Source of the DNA: Paraphysomonas bandaiensis
Lineage: Eukaryota > Protista > Chrysophyceae
DNA length: 64,000 bases
Reading direction: 5' to 3'
Assembly (NCBI GenBank): GCA_965644295.1
Contig: CBFFRP010000298.1
Span: forward strand, 1 to 64,000
Shown: in pieces, positions 8,964 through 22,180 of the stretch
How positions within the stretch are numbered: the stretch's first letter is position 1
Layout of the letters: every line of letters starts with the position of its first letter
The notes under the pieces: model-generated
Databases searched by the model: none
Told to the model about the DNA's origin: nothing
Seen by the model: the letters and a program-made list of their open reading frames with translations, nothing else
Program-made: the position numbers and the translations under genes

Positions 8964-11900
8964 TTATCTAGTTTCAACTATCAGATCTATTTCCTCGATG
9001 AACCTATCTCTCGGTACTATTTTGTGTATATCTGAGAGCTGAATTCTCTTCACGATAACATTGTGCATGGTCGTCAAGTACTTGTCTCTCGCATCGCAGT
9101 AACCACGGGCACTGGTTAGGTCCTTCTGCCCTCCATCTATTTCGAAGTTTACCACCACCAGTCGCCGACAGCCTTTTGATTGGATAAAATCTATAAAGTC
9201 GGGTGAGCACTGGTAATGGTTGCGACTATAACAAGATTCGAGTGGGCGCTGGCCTTTCTCCGCCAGGCCACTTTCCTGTCCCTCGTCGCTCGAAATGGAG
9301 GATATACAGGGGTCCTGAAGAGGATCAGGAGAGTAGTACACCTCCCTATCCCGGGAACGGTCAAGGTATCCCTTGTTCCTAGCGTCATGATACCCCACCA
9401 GAACTATATCGGCATAAAACCCATGCAAGTACACTCCGTGAAAGGACTGTACGTTTCTAAGAGGACCCTCTCTGGAATAGAGACTATCGGTGGTATCGTA
9501 TTGCTTCGTGAGAGTGGTCAAAATATCTCTATAACGATAAGCAGTCTTCGATGCTAGATGGAGGACAGGAGGTGGACGAAGGCACATGCTTGAGGACAGA
9601 AGACGAATCAAGGCGGACCTCAAGTCCTGGCTAAGTCCGTAAAGCATACTTTTACTGCAGCTGAACATCAAAAGACTTTGGTTCAAGTTTATCACATCTC
9701 TATATTCATCATCTGACATGCTATCTATGTTCCCACAGCACTGATCTATTAAGAGCTGCGCTTCAAATATAAGTCTTCTCAGCAATTTCCGTAATATACG
9801 ACTACTATTGAAGTCAACATTCTGCAAGCCAACAAAGCACTTCTGCAATGCACCAGCTGTCCATCTTTGGTCCCTATCAGAGATTTTCTCGGTGATTTCT
9901 GTTTCCAGCGACCGGATATATATATCTGCGATGAGTTCGGCGATCAGCAGGACTTCGCTAGGCTGTGGCTGTAGAGATTCGTTGCGTCGTGTGCCCACAT
10001 ACATTCGCTGCAAGCCATAGCACATGTTCGCAACATCTTCAGGCTCTATTTGTATAAACTGTGTATTACCAAGAGATGTTTCCTTCTCACTACGAACGCC
10101 AAACTCACTCTTGTGCTCATGGGTCTGATGTACAACTTTTCCCATTCTCGTAAGCAACAATCCCATCACCTCGTTCACCCTGTTTTCACCCACATGCGTG
10201 CTCGTGGTAACATTAGACATGTTCTTCAAGCCATACACACAAGTGCATAGCTGCTTTATAGTCATATCAAAACTTCCAGATGTTGCTCCATATTTGGCAC
10301 TGGAAGAAGTCTTAATAAATGGTATAATAGTTGTCAATAACTGTGACACACCCTCGTGCTCATTATTCATATTCTTGAGTCCATACATCGCAGAACTGAG
10401 TTGATCTCCAGACCAAACCTCACCATATGCTGCTATGCTCTCCGCCTTACTTGCAATCAGCAAGAGCATTTGCTGTACTTCTCTTCCCTCACTGTATAAC
10501 GTCACCAGCCCACGCATAGCCACCGCTATATGGGCAGATGTCATACTCGCATCGGCCATAGGCAGCGCTCCAAATGAAGTCGAAAGACTGTTAGCTAAAT
10601 CACGTACATCGACATCTTTACTGCTCATTCCTTTGAGGGCGCGCACACTATAAGCTAAGTCAGATCCCTTCACTTCTCCTCGGCATTCACGAGTATGTCG
10701 CGCCACAGCCTTCATCAGGAGAGACACCTCAGATACAGTGTGACGCATTCGACGCATGCCATTCAGCGCTCGGCTCACATCCCATGGCGTTATCTTACTT
10801 GAAAATCCCAGTTTCTGACCAGGCTCTCCTATGACTCCCTGAAACTTGGGGATAAGAGCTTGAAGCAATGCAACCACAACAGGTTCTCTCGTATGCATGC
10901 CCTTGAGACCAAAGAGGCCACGAGACCATTGCGCGAAAGAAAGTTTCTCCTCACAGTTATGTATATATGGGAGCAAGTTGCTAACCAGAAGTAGTACCTC
11001 TGTATGGTCACTTGAGAGTGACTGGAGGCCATATAAAATATCTTCCAGCTGTCTCGCAGTGACAGGATGTTGTTGAGACGTTGAAGAGGCTATCTTTGTT
11101 GCCAGGACTGAGAGAAGCTCCCTCACTTCACTGTGGGTGGAATTAAGGCCTTGCAGACTGTAGACGCACCGCGTAACTGCCGATGGTGTGAAATGTGTGT
11201 TGTGCACATTAGACAACAGTGGGATCACAACGTTTCGAAGAAATCTTCTCACTGACTCGTGAGAGCTGTGCATGGATCTCAATCCGTGGAGGGTATATGC
11301 AATGTCCATTGCTGACAAAATAGAGCCTGCTGAAGGATATCCATAGGATGGCATGGCGTCGTGCGTCCCCTGAGATAAAGGAGGAAGGCGAGTAGCTACA
11401 GCATCCAAGAGACTTTGCACTTCAAAGTGGCGAGCAGACATGCGCTGCAGTCCGGACAGCCCATGACTGAATTCCCAGTTGGTCATATGCATCTCTGTAA
11501 CGACATTGTCCCTAATATTGCACCCATTATCTACAGAAAAATTATCTCGAGGTTCATGAGGTAAATTAAGATAAGTTTTCTGGACAATTTCGCGCAACAA
11601 TCCCCGCACTACACCGTGACTGGCATTCAACCTCTGCAAGCCGAACAGCATACGAGACACACACTTTCCGTCAAACTCTTCTTTACAATGGTGGAGAGCA
11701 GTTGTAAGGGCTTCCACAAACTCTTCTACCTCAGGACTGTATTTCCTGATATCTTTGAGCCCAAACAATGCTCTGGAAAGTATATCGGGAGAATAAGTAT
11801 GATGTGAGTGGGACATACATTGACCCAGAGTTCGTAATAGAAAGCGAAAGTCGCCCGGGTGCTGGGTGCTATTCATGCCCCGTAATCGTCTGATTGAGAG

Positions 11901-12351
11901 TTAATTAGTCTGTATCCACTCCACGTACACATATACCAGAGGCGAAACTAATACACATGCACTTCACTACACATGATAATAACAAGTAGAACACACACAC
12001 TCACCCCAGTGCATATTCCATAATGGCCTTGGTGTGTCTATCTGCATATAGAATGCGGTGAAACGCTTCGTGGTACTCAGTGAGAGATTGTTGTCGCGAG
12101 TGAGAATGAAGAAACACTCTGAGTACGTCGATGCCCGTCATTTTCGGTAGATTGAGCTCGATATCGCCATGTGGATGGAGGGGCTCTCCTACAGGTGAGA
12201 GACGAGGACATGAAGAGTGATAAAAGGAGAGGGGAAGATGAGTGGGACAAGAGGCACAATGAAGTGCACTCAACACACGCTTACGATGAAAATATTGACA
12301 GAATTGAGTGAAGCGCAGACGATAATAGAAGACGCCTATCATCCTCTTCAT
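8964..12351 (-). CDS. Organelle-targeted helical-repeat protein with C-terminal RAP domain (2 exons: 12351-12005, 11889-8964)
   Basis: About 14 degenerate L(Y/F)GL(Q/K)xM..S..EV..LL repeats; RAP-like GFYADIV...VVNFEIDGG...RDKYL...VIVKRI; Arg-rich, acid-poor N-terminus; in-frame GT-AG intron. Confidence 0.8.
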
Positions 12352-12653
12352 ACTGCAGATGGCCTCTACTCTACAACACACACACACTAAAACAATTAGA
12401 AATAGAAGACATGATCTATTCCGATGCTACGAATAGGAGAATGGAACACTTCAGTGACTGAGAATATATATATATATATATGCAAGGGGCTGATAGCTGA
12501 GCACTGCACACTGGCATACATACCATACGAATGACAGTGCAGTGCTGGATGTGCAAGTATACTGCTGTGTAGTACTGTCCAGAAGTACACATCTGTAGAG
12601 TACACAACCGCGCATATACAGAACTGTATATCCCAGCCTCTTCGACATACAGA

Positions 12654-15600
12654 GTATACCGACAACAGCATCGGAGGGGCAGCACCCACATCGGAGGGGC
12701 AGCACCCGTAGTCCCGTTTTTCTGTTCTGTACGTGAATATTAGTATGATCGAATGGGGATGGCGGGCTCTTCACATCTACACACCACATCCAAATATGCA
12801 TATCTTCATATTAAAACTATTCGGAATGTACTCTTGTGTTGCTCTGCCCACTGTAGAAACTTAATTTCATCGATTTTATGCTGTAATGATGCAGGAAGTT
12901 CACCCAAACATTGACCACAGTTTGGACCACACAATCCCATTATCATGAAGTGCTCGTGACAATCATACATCCCTAGTAGATGAAGACTGTCCCCTGGATG
13001 ATTTGTCATTAGATATATTTTGAAGGAGCTTCAGAAAGAGCTACCAGCGGATGAGGTATACGACGAAAAGTGTTTACATGAAGCTCTTCTGCAGCAGTGC
13101 AGGGCAACTATGAAAGGAAGGATATATGCAAAGATATCCAAAGAGAATGGGGAAATGGAGGGAGAAACAAAACTAGGAGACAAGATTTGAAGATAGGTGA
13201 CATTGAATATATATCATTATGCTTTATCATGAAGACTTTAAAGCGAACTAGAATTTAAGGACATACATACTTCCCTTGCAGTAAGTTGTAAGACGAAGTT
13301 GTTTGTGAGTATGGATTTCATGATATATACAACTAATGTGGTGTACGTTGTAGATCGCCGTAATGATATTGCATTTCGGTCAATAGTACATACTTAAATC
13401 ATCGTATGCCTTATTTGCATAAACCATTTGATGTAACCTAAAACTGTAATGATGTATGTTATACTTTCCGTGTAGTAAGCTATTTATGCATGTATATTGC
13501 ATGATGTAACAAGTGTAATGTATACTGTAGGCCGCTGCAATGATATTCGAATTTGTTTTTGTTAATTGCACATACTCAAACCTTCGTATGTCACAACTAT
13601 TTGTCTAACGTTATCTCGCAGCAGCAATTTCTAGCGAGCGTGTGCAAGCAAGCTAGGGACTATTTATTATAGTTTACAGACAATCGTTTCAATATACTCA
13701 TGCTAAGGTATAGCAAGTAGCTATGTAACGCTTATAAAATGTTTATATGTGCGCGAATAATAAGACGAAAAACGGTTATACTGCTTGCTGCCTGGCCTCG
13801 TAAGCAATCTGTTTCGTGCAAGTACATGGAATTTTTCTCATACTATTCCTGGGCAATTTATTTCATACATCGTTTAGATGTTTCAAAAGTTGTTTCAATT
13901 CAGATACTTTTAAAAAATGTTAGTACGTTTCTACTTAACACACTTTTTAAACAAAACATGGTTCAGCTAGAATACTTCTCATTTGTTCATACAAAACATG
14001 TTAAAACTAAAATATTTTTCAAACAAGACATGTTACAACTAAAACACTTTTCAAACAAGACATGTTACAGCTGAAACACTTTTCAAACAACAAAACATGT
14101 TTCAACTAATATACTTCATAAACGTTTAACTCAGATACTCTTCAACGATGATATGTTTCAAGGAAAACAAGAGCTTCAGCTAATTCTCCAGCGACTGCTT
14201 CAAACTTCTGTCTTATTGCTTCAGCTCCTACTCTTTTCTTGGTCACTTTCTCAGCCTTATACTGCTCTGGAGATAAGGAATTAAACCTGTCCTTCTCTGA
14301 TTACCTTCCCAACAGAGCCTAAGCCGCCTTCGCATGTTTCGCCAAAGCTGCGGCATTATTTCTTTCTTCTCACCCCTCCTCCTTGCAAAATTTCTCCACT
14401 ATATCAGGGGCTTAACAAGCCTTTTCCTACTTGTACCTAGACACAGTTTGGCAGGTAGTAATAATTTTAGACTTTAAAATTTAGACAAATGACGTACAGG
14501 AGTGAGGTTGTCCCGTTTTATAATAGTGTTAGATGCAACGGCTCTTCCTCTTATTATTCGCGCACATATAAACATTTTATAAGCGTTACATAGCTACTTG
14601 CTATACCTTAGCATGAGTATATTGAAACGATTGTCTGTAAACTATAATAAATAGTCCCTAGCTTGCTTGCACACGCTCGCTAGAAATTGCTGCTGCGAGA
14701 TAATGTTAGACAAATAGTTGTGACATACGAAGGTTTGAGTATGTGCAATTAACAAAAACAAATTCGAATATCATTGCAGCGGCCTACAGTATACATTACA
14801 CTTGTTACATCATGCAATATACATGCATAAATAGCTTACTACACGGAAAGTATAACATACATCATTACAGTTTTAGGTTACATCAAATGGTTTATGCAAA
14901 TAAGGCATACGATGATTTAAGTATGTACTATTGACCGAAATGCAATATCATTACGGCGATCTACAACGTACACCACATTAGTTGTATATATCATGAAATC
15001 CATACTCACAAACAACTTCGTCTTACAACTTACTGCAAGGGAAGTATGTATGTCCTTAAATTCTAGTTCGCTTTAAAGTCTTCATGATAAAGCATAATGA
15101 TATATATTCAATGCCACCTATCTTCAAATCTTGTCTCCTAGTTTTGTTTCTCCCTCCATTTCCCCATTCTCTTTGGATATCTTTGCATATATCCTTCCTT
15201 TCATAGTTGCCCTGCACTGCTGCAGAAGAGCTTCATGTAAACACTTTTAGTCGTATACCTCATCCGCTGGTAGCTCTTTCTGAAGCTCCTTCAAAATATA
15301 TCTAATGACAAATCATCCAGGGGACAGTCTTCATCTACTAGGGATGTATGATTGTAACGAGCACTTCATGATAATGGGATTGTGTGGTCCAAACTGTGGT
15401 CAATGTTTGGGTGAACTTCCTGCATCATTACAGCATAAAATCGATGAAATTAAGTTTCTACAGTGGGCAGAGCAACACAAGAGTACATTCCGAATAGTTT
15501 TAATATGAAGATATGCATATTTGGATGTGGTGTGTAGATGTGAAGAGCCCGCCATCCCCATTCGATCATACTAATATTCACGTACAGAACAGAAAAACGG

Positions 15601-15660
15601 GACTACGGGTGCTGCCCCTCCGATGTGGGTGCTGCCCCTCCGATGCTGTTGTCGGTATAC
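12654..15660. mobile_element. Foldback-type non-autonomous DNA transposon with 1,112-bp terminal inverted repeats
   Basis: 12654-13765 is the reverse complement of 14549-15660 with ~4 substitutions seen. Ends TATA|CCGACAAC...GTTGTCGG|TATA (TA or TATA TSD); 20-bp subterminal tandem CATCGGAGGGGCAGCACCC(A) x2 at each end. Confidence 0.9.
13870..14165. repeat. Degenerate 32-bp minisatellite in the foldback spacer
   Basis: AAACAAGACATGTTACAACTAAAACACTTTTC at 14021, a close copy at 14053, and diverged copies on both sides. Confidence 0.8.
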
Positions 15661-16651
15661 CAACGTAGAATACAGTATCCAAAATCAAGAAAGCCCCAAT
15701 TCAACTGAGTTTAGGAGCCACGACAATAATGGAGGACTTCCAATAATGCAACAAAGGTGGAAAAATCCGGTGCGGATGTTGCATTTTTGGAAGCCCTCCA
15801 ATGGAATAGCTACCGGAATAGTACGGCTGGGTGGTCACTGTGGGTGTATCTGTACTTTAGTCCATCATGATATCATATCCTCTTGTTCACTCTGTTATGC
15901 GATATCACCTCAGGGAAATAGCAGATAAATATGGCCTCAGGCTTATGGTTTGTGAGCCGGGTTTGTGTTAGGGGGGTTTGAATGTGTCGTTAGTACTTCT
16001 CTTCAACGCTACAGCCATAACAATACTCCGGCTCATCTTTATAGCCTTCAGTGGCATGCTTTGTACCTGTCTTATTGATGAGGTTTGATGGCTTGGTGGA
16101 CTTATGCGAAGGACTGGCAATGAAGTGTATGGGTGATAATGAGGACACAATGTTAGGGATATCAGATGAGAGTTATGACAAGATTGTGATCAATGCAGGT
16201 GTGTGATTCACGTCGTTGCTCTCAAAAGAATTTGATCCTCGCTACTCGTCTATTGTTATTGACGAATAATCTAAGTTACTACTAATCAAACGTCTATGCT
16301 GCCATGTGAGAAATGATGTAAGGTGACTATACTCAGTGAACACAACACTCAAGTAATTGAAAACTATGATATATTATTCTCATCACTCCTTGCAACTTGC
16401 TTCACTGATTAGCTTTGATACATCCGATCAATAGTTATTTTAAACTTTTAAATTTTAAACAATAATGAAACAATCACGATACAATCAGTCGTCATACCAA
16501 GTAATACATCCTTTTAACTAATTTATTCGTCAGAACAAGGTAATAATTTGACTAAGCTGTATTTACCTGCTACAACACCAGTTGTTCAAAGTTGAGAACT
16601 CAATACTGGAAGAGGAGACCAGTGGTTCCTAGTTCCTACACTTATCTAGAG

Positions 16652-18106
16652 CAGGGCCTGGAAACCATTAATGGTAATGCCATTATAATTGCCGGGACAT
16701 TTTTAATTAATGCCATTAAAATTGCGGGGAACTGGACTACCATTAATGGGCCATTAATGGTATCCCATTAATGACCTGTACTGCTATATATGGAACTGAG
16801 TGTTCTTAAGAGTATAGTATCTCCTCTGTACTCCGAAGAAACTCTAAACAATATTAGACAACAATGTTCATGCAACTCTACAGGCACTTTACGGCAACTT
16901 TGTTCACTATCTTCTTAATGCATTCTAGAGTTAGAGAATAGTGTCCTGAGCGATATCTATAGCAACGTAGGAATATACCCAAAAACTCTAAAATAATCAT
17001 TGAAAACATGCATATTTTACCTAGAAACATTCATAAAAACACTATTTTTCCCCAAAGTACACAACTACGATATACTCTGTGCTGTATTTATACATATACA
17101 AAGCACATTAAGAAACGATGATGGCCAAATTGTGGAGAATAAGTATGTTCGGAAGAGATGGAACCAATTTGTACCAAGCCCGCCAGTTATTTGATATGCT
17201 GCTACAAGAATTTCCAGAGCTGCATCCATACCTTTCCCCGAATGCAAGCATTGTTGTCAGTGCAAATTTTGAGAAGGCAGTGGCTAAAATTCAAGGGAGC
17301 GATGAAAGAGAGTTGACAGGCAATGAGAGAAGAGCAGTTAGACATGTGCAACTGGATTCATCCATGGAGGTTGGTGTACCCGACAAAAATAACGAGGACG
17401 AGAGCGAAGGAACTGATTTTGCACAGCGTGTTCTGCACACCAAGAGAGCTCGACTTGGTACCTATGAGTCCAACTACCGCTGCTTGCTTCATATTGAAGC
17501 ACAATCTACTTTTGTTGAGAGGCTCTTTAGTCGTGCAACGTTGATTATGACGCCTGAGCGTAGAAACATGAATCCATATCGACTAGAATCGGTGCTATTC
17601 CTACGAGACAATTACATGTTGTGGGATGTTTATACCCTCCATAAAGCCCTGCAAGAAGATCCTGATGTGTCAGTAGAGAGCGTGAAATAGTTAAAATTTG
17701 TAGTCTGCTATTTAACTAAAAATTAGCAATTAAGGGAGCATAACAGTATCTATTATATGAGTGGTGCTATCTACTTTAGGTTAGTAGGTATTAATGGCCA
17801 TTATAATCGCCGGGACATTTTTCATTAATGCCATTATAATTGCCGGGAGCTGGACTACCATTAATGGCCTATTAATTATTAATCCCGGCAATTATAATGG
17901 CATTACTGAAAAATGCCCCGGCAATTATAATGACCATTAATGGCCTATTAATTATTAATCCCGGCAATTATAATGGCATTACTGAAAAATGCCCCGGCAA
18001 TTATAATGACCATTAATGGCCGTTAATAGCTACTAACTTAAAGTAGATAATACCGCTCATAATAATAGCTAGTATAGTGCACCCTTAATTACTAATTTTT
18101 AATAGC
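16652..18106 (+). mobile_element. hAT-family DNA transposon derivative
   Basis: Starts CAGGGCCTGG; repeated subterminal CCATTATAATTGCCGGG motifs; encodes a hAT C-terminal region; right end is a hairpin without a canonical TIR. Confidence 0.8.
17118..17690 (+). pseudogene. hAT transposase C-terminal (dimerisation) fragment
   Basis: STFVERLFSRATLIMTPERRNMNPYRLESVLFLRDN matches the hATC motif; N-terminal DDE core absent. Confidence 0.8.
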
Positions 18107-18460
18107 CTGATCAAGAGTGTTACTATTTTTTTCTTCGTCAGTCTCAAAACTGACTTCAACAAACTTTCCGCATATTTAATATCTGTTCTATTGTCTTCCT
18201 CGTATCAATGTCATTTAATAAATTTTGGCCGTGGTGTCTTTTCGTCATATCTGCTTCTTGCCAGTTTGAAAGATTCAAATCCTTCAAAAGACTTACTAGA
18301 TAATTCATTTGTAAATCTTCTTATTAACGAAATGCATATCTATCACCCAAATGTAGAGCAACCCAATTACACTAATCATAGGACATGTCGACTCAATGTA
18401 AAAAATAAGGCATCGTAAAGCTATATACCATAATATGGCCGAAGCCGTTACTGGCCACGC

Positions 18461-19509
18461 CTAGAAAGCCTCCGATTCTTCCAGATCAACATCCACCACT
18501 TCATCCTCATCAAGCTCAATGTCATTAACTTTCAGCTGAGAATCTATCAAAGAACAATGTCCAATGTGAGATCAATAGAATAAATTTACACCACGTCAAT
18601 ACAGAACGTGCTCACGCACGGGAGCTATGCTAGTTATATCTGACCAAATTCCTTTCCTCGTACCTGATTTGAGCCCTCTATGTTCATCTGCCTCATGGGC
18701 AGAGGCCGCACTAGCAGCAAGAACTCCACTGTCGCTAGAGGATCCAACGGGTGGACCCTTAATGAGAGTATCTCTGAAAGTGTATAACGAGAATGACCAG
18801 AGACCCATCACGATAAGGGAAAAGAGGGCAAATGACCCCATTGCCTTATCCGTATCTTTCACATCTGTAACCATTATATGCATTGTAAGATAAATATGTA
18901 GATTAAGATTTAACCATGGACACACTAACGTAACACTGTATGAATTACGTAATATGCAAAAACTTCATACCGTGTCCATGTGTACTGGCATGCTCAGAGA
19001 AGACGAAAAACACGATCATCAGCACAAAAAACAACTGTGCCAACATTGCCGACGATCCAATTAACATACCCACTGTGTGTGGTGATGCGTTGCCGTAAAA
19101 GACAACTTTTGCTGATCCACACATTACGATTATAAGTAGAGCAGACGACCATAGAGCAGAGAAACCGAGAGCCTTCACACCGTCCTCGGACTTTTCATTG
19201 TCATCCGCAGCAAGAATTGCCACGAGAACATATACAACTGAAAAAAACTGCGAAGTGGAGTTATAATCAGAGTGAAGCATACGTCTGTATGTAATCGTAT
19301 ATACAGTCAATAATATCAGCATTCATCCATGCGTATGACTAATACACTCACCAAGCAGAGAAACCAAAGGCGTTTGAGCCACACTGACGGCTCCACTTTC
19401 TTAAAGTCTACCAGCGACTGTCCCTGAGGAGAGGTCACGTTAATCCATCTGATATATACAAACACATACTCACCTCGCTCTGCTCGTCCAGTTCCTTGTG
19501 CTGCATCAT
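18461..19509 (-). CDS. Uncharacterised multi-pass (~4 TM) membrane protein, 5 exons
   Basis: Spliced MMQHKELDEQSE|GQSLVDF..WFLCL|FFSVVYVLVAIL..HGH|DVKDTDKAMGSFALF..|acidic tail; GT-AG junctions. Confidence 0.7.
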
Positions 19510-19663
19510 AACAGAAGTGTACCGATCTGCAATATGAGTTGACGCCAGACAGTAACTCTATGCTAGAATTAATTGTATTAAATTAATCGTATGTTCAAGA
19601 TAATATACGCCGCTGCGGATGAGACTGTAATGATCAAGTCGATAGAAACAAAAAGTGTAGACT

Positions 19664-19872
19664 GTGTATGTATGTATGTATGTATGTATGTATGTATGTA
19701 TGTATGTATGTATGTATGTATGTATGTATGTATGTATGTATGTATGTATGTATGTATGTATGTATGTATGTATGTATGTATGTATGTATGTATGTATGTA
19801 TGTATGTATGTATGTATGTATGTATGTATGTATGTATGTATGTATGTATGTATGTATGTATGTCGTAGTGTG

Positions 19873-19906
<34 letters not shown>

Positions 19907-19930
19907 TGTATGTATGTATGTCGTAGTGTG

Positions 19931-19964
<34 letters not shown>

Positions 19965-20068
19965 TGTATGTATGTATGTATGTATGTATGTATGTATGTA
20001 TGTATGTATGTATGTATGTATGTATGTATGTATGTATGTATGTATGTATGTATGTATGTCGTAGTGTG

Positions 20069-20102
<34 letters not shown>

Positions 20103-20402
20103 TGTATGTATGTATGTATGTATGTATGTATGTATGTATGTATGTATGTATGTATGTATGTATGTATGTATGTATGTATGTATGTATGTATGTATGTATG
20201 TATGTATGTATGTATGTATGTATGTATGTATGTATGTATGTATGTATGTATGTATGTATGTATGTATGTATGTATGTATGTATGTATGTATGTATGTATG
20301 TATGTATGTATGTATGTATGTATGTATGTATGTATGTATGTATGTATGTATGTATGTATGTATGTATGTATGTATGTATGTATGTCGTAGTGTGTATATA
20401 TA
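19664..20402. repeat. (TATG)n microsatellite with four TCGTAGTGTGTATA interruptions
   Basis: Direct reading; interruptions at 19863, 19921, 20059 and 20385. Confidence 0.97.
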
Positions 20403-20497
20403 TAGGTGTGCAAGCATACATACATATATATATATTCACACCTGTAATTAATTTACTTGAAGCATTTTCTGAAACTACCGAAGAAGTACTCATCAGC

Positions 20498-21158
20498 ATG
20501 CAAACCGTTGACCTCAAGCACTCTACTCTTGAGGCTCCTTGGCTGAGAGAAATTCCTAGACCGCCTGGATTCGACCCAAATTTTGTTCAGGTATTTATAA
20601 ATGATTTCAGTTCAGACTGATTTATGATAAATACGATAATAACTTGACTCACTCCCACTATGAGATATATATGTATAGTCTATTCTGATAATGGTTTGAT
20701 AGGCTAAAGATGATGCTTCGAGTGCGGTGAGTGCGGGAAAACATCTGGCTGCAAAGCAGAAGCAGGTCATGGCGATTGCTTATGGTCCTGGTAAAAACAT
20801 AATGAGCACTGCTTTCATGCTTTGGATGAGTGGTTCCAGCATACAAATATTTTCATTGGTAAATTCTCTTTTTGTTTTCTCATTTATGAGTAAATTTCCC
20901 TGACAGATGATGACGGGTATGGCACTGTTCAACCCCATAAACTCTATTGCTGGGATAAACAAAACTTTCTCCAAATACGAGGGAGAAGGTGTAGACCTGA
21001 AAATTCCTAAATTAGTGTTTTTGTCTCTTCAGTTGCTCGCCTTAGGAATGGCACTATATAAGTGCTCGATGATGGGTCTGTTGCCACTAACGTCCGCTGA
21101 TTGGACGAACTATATACCCCACAGAGCTGCGTTAGAGTATGCTGGAATACCTGTGTAA
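20498..21158 (+). CDS. EMC4: ER membrane protein complex subunit 4 (3 exons)
   Basis: PPGF, AYGPGKNIMSTAFMLWMSGSSIQIFSLMMTGMALFNP, YKCSMMGLLPLTSADW; introns ~20591-20703 and ~20858-20906. Confidence 0.93.
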
Positions 21159-21713
21159 TAAATGTGTAGCATAATGGGTATGGTGGAATTTTATACTTTA
21201 GGATAATTAATGAGTACGCAATCAATGAATGTACTCTTTCATCCTTCCTTTTAATTGTGAAAAAATGCCACTTTCAGAGTATTAGGATTCAGCTTAATAC
21301 AAGATTATATCTGTGAGTATAATGTTCAATGAAATGTATCATGAACTGAATTAGAGAGAGTATCTGATGAAGATACATGATCGTCATCATAACGTCGTCA
21401 TTATCAGTTACACTTCTAACTATTCCGTTGTGCATGATAGTTATGTTTTATATTGTTATTCATAATTCTCACCCTATCGTGTTCATTACTAACACTCTAA
21501 TAATCACAACATTGTTTTACTATTACTAAGATGAATTCTTTATTCAGAGTAGTCTATGCGTCGTAGATTATCAATAAAAGTATCGTTAGTTCATTGCATA
21601 TCTATGTGACAAGGACCGATATAACCATTTTCCCTATACGCATTATATTTCTCGTTCCATTAAATAATTGTTATTTAAGATAAATTAGACTACGAAGTAA
21701 AACGGCATGATAA

Positions 21714-22180
21714 CTAAAACCACCCTTTCACTTCTCTATTGTTTTTGTACCCCATCCGGTTCAGTTGATGGTAGTGTTTCTTGACAGAGTCTGGATCTAG
21801 ATTCTTTCCTGTCCAGTTCGTCACAACAGGATGGACTGTTTTATGTTCATTGGACGGATCCGTAGGACCGAATCTCAGTCTAGTGACACCACTATCACTA
21901 TTATTCTTGGCATATCGTGGAGTCGTCATTTTTATATAGGATAGACTAGAAAACGCAGTGCGCAGAGCCTCCGAAGCACTACAACATCATCACATCACAG
22001 TGAGAAACAATGACGTGGTAACAATAACCTTTTATCGTCGTAATTAACTATATTTTTTCGAAACTCAGATCTTATTCTGGCACTGGACTCTACTCGTTTG
22101 TCTTTCGGCAGCGAGAAGCACATCCGAAACAATTTACGGTAAGCTGCAAGCGTATTAGCTCGAGTATCTATCTTACACAT
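21714..22180 (-). CDS. LYR-motif (Complex1_LYR) mitochondrial protein (2 exons)
   Basis: LAAYRKLFRMCFSLP...IRSEFRKN, spliced in frame to ...LSYIKMTTPR...TNWTGKNLDPDSVKKH. Confidence 0.8.

Noticed and set aside
12806-15508. Duplicated 63-aa and 67-aa ORF pairs as real genes
   Set aside because: They are mirror images within the foldback arms, with no recognisable domains.
15700-16210. Coding-like GC-richer stretch right of the foldback
   Set aside because: Stops in all frames examined and no recognisable motif; possibly a pseudogene but unsupported.
19558-20517. Long HTYI/MYVC ORFs on both strands (also 57842-58350)
   Set aside because: Products of the stop-free (TATG)n repeat; no independent coding evidence.
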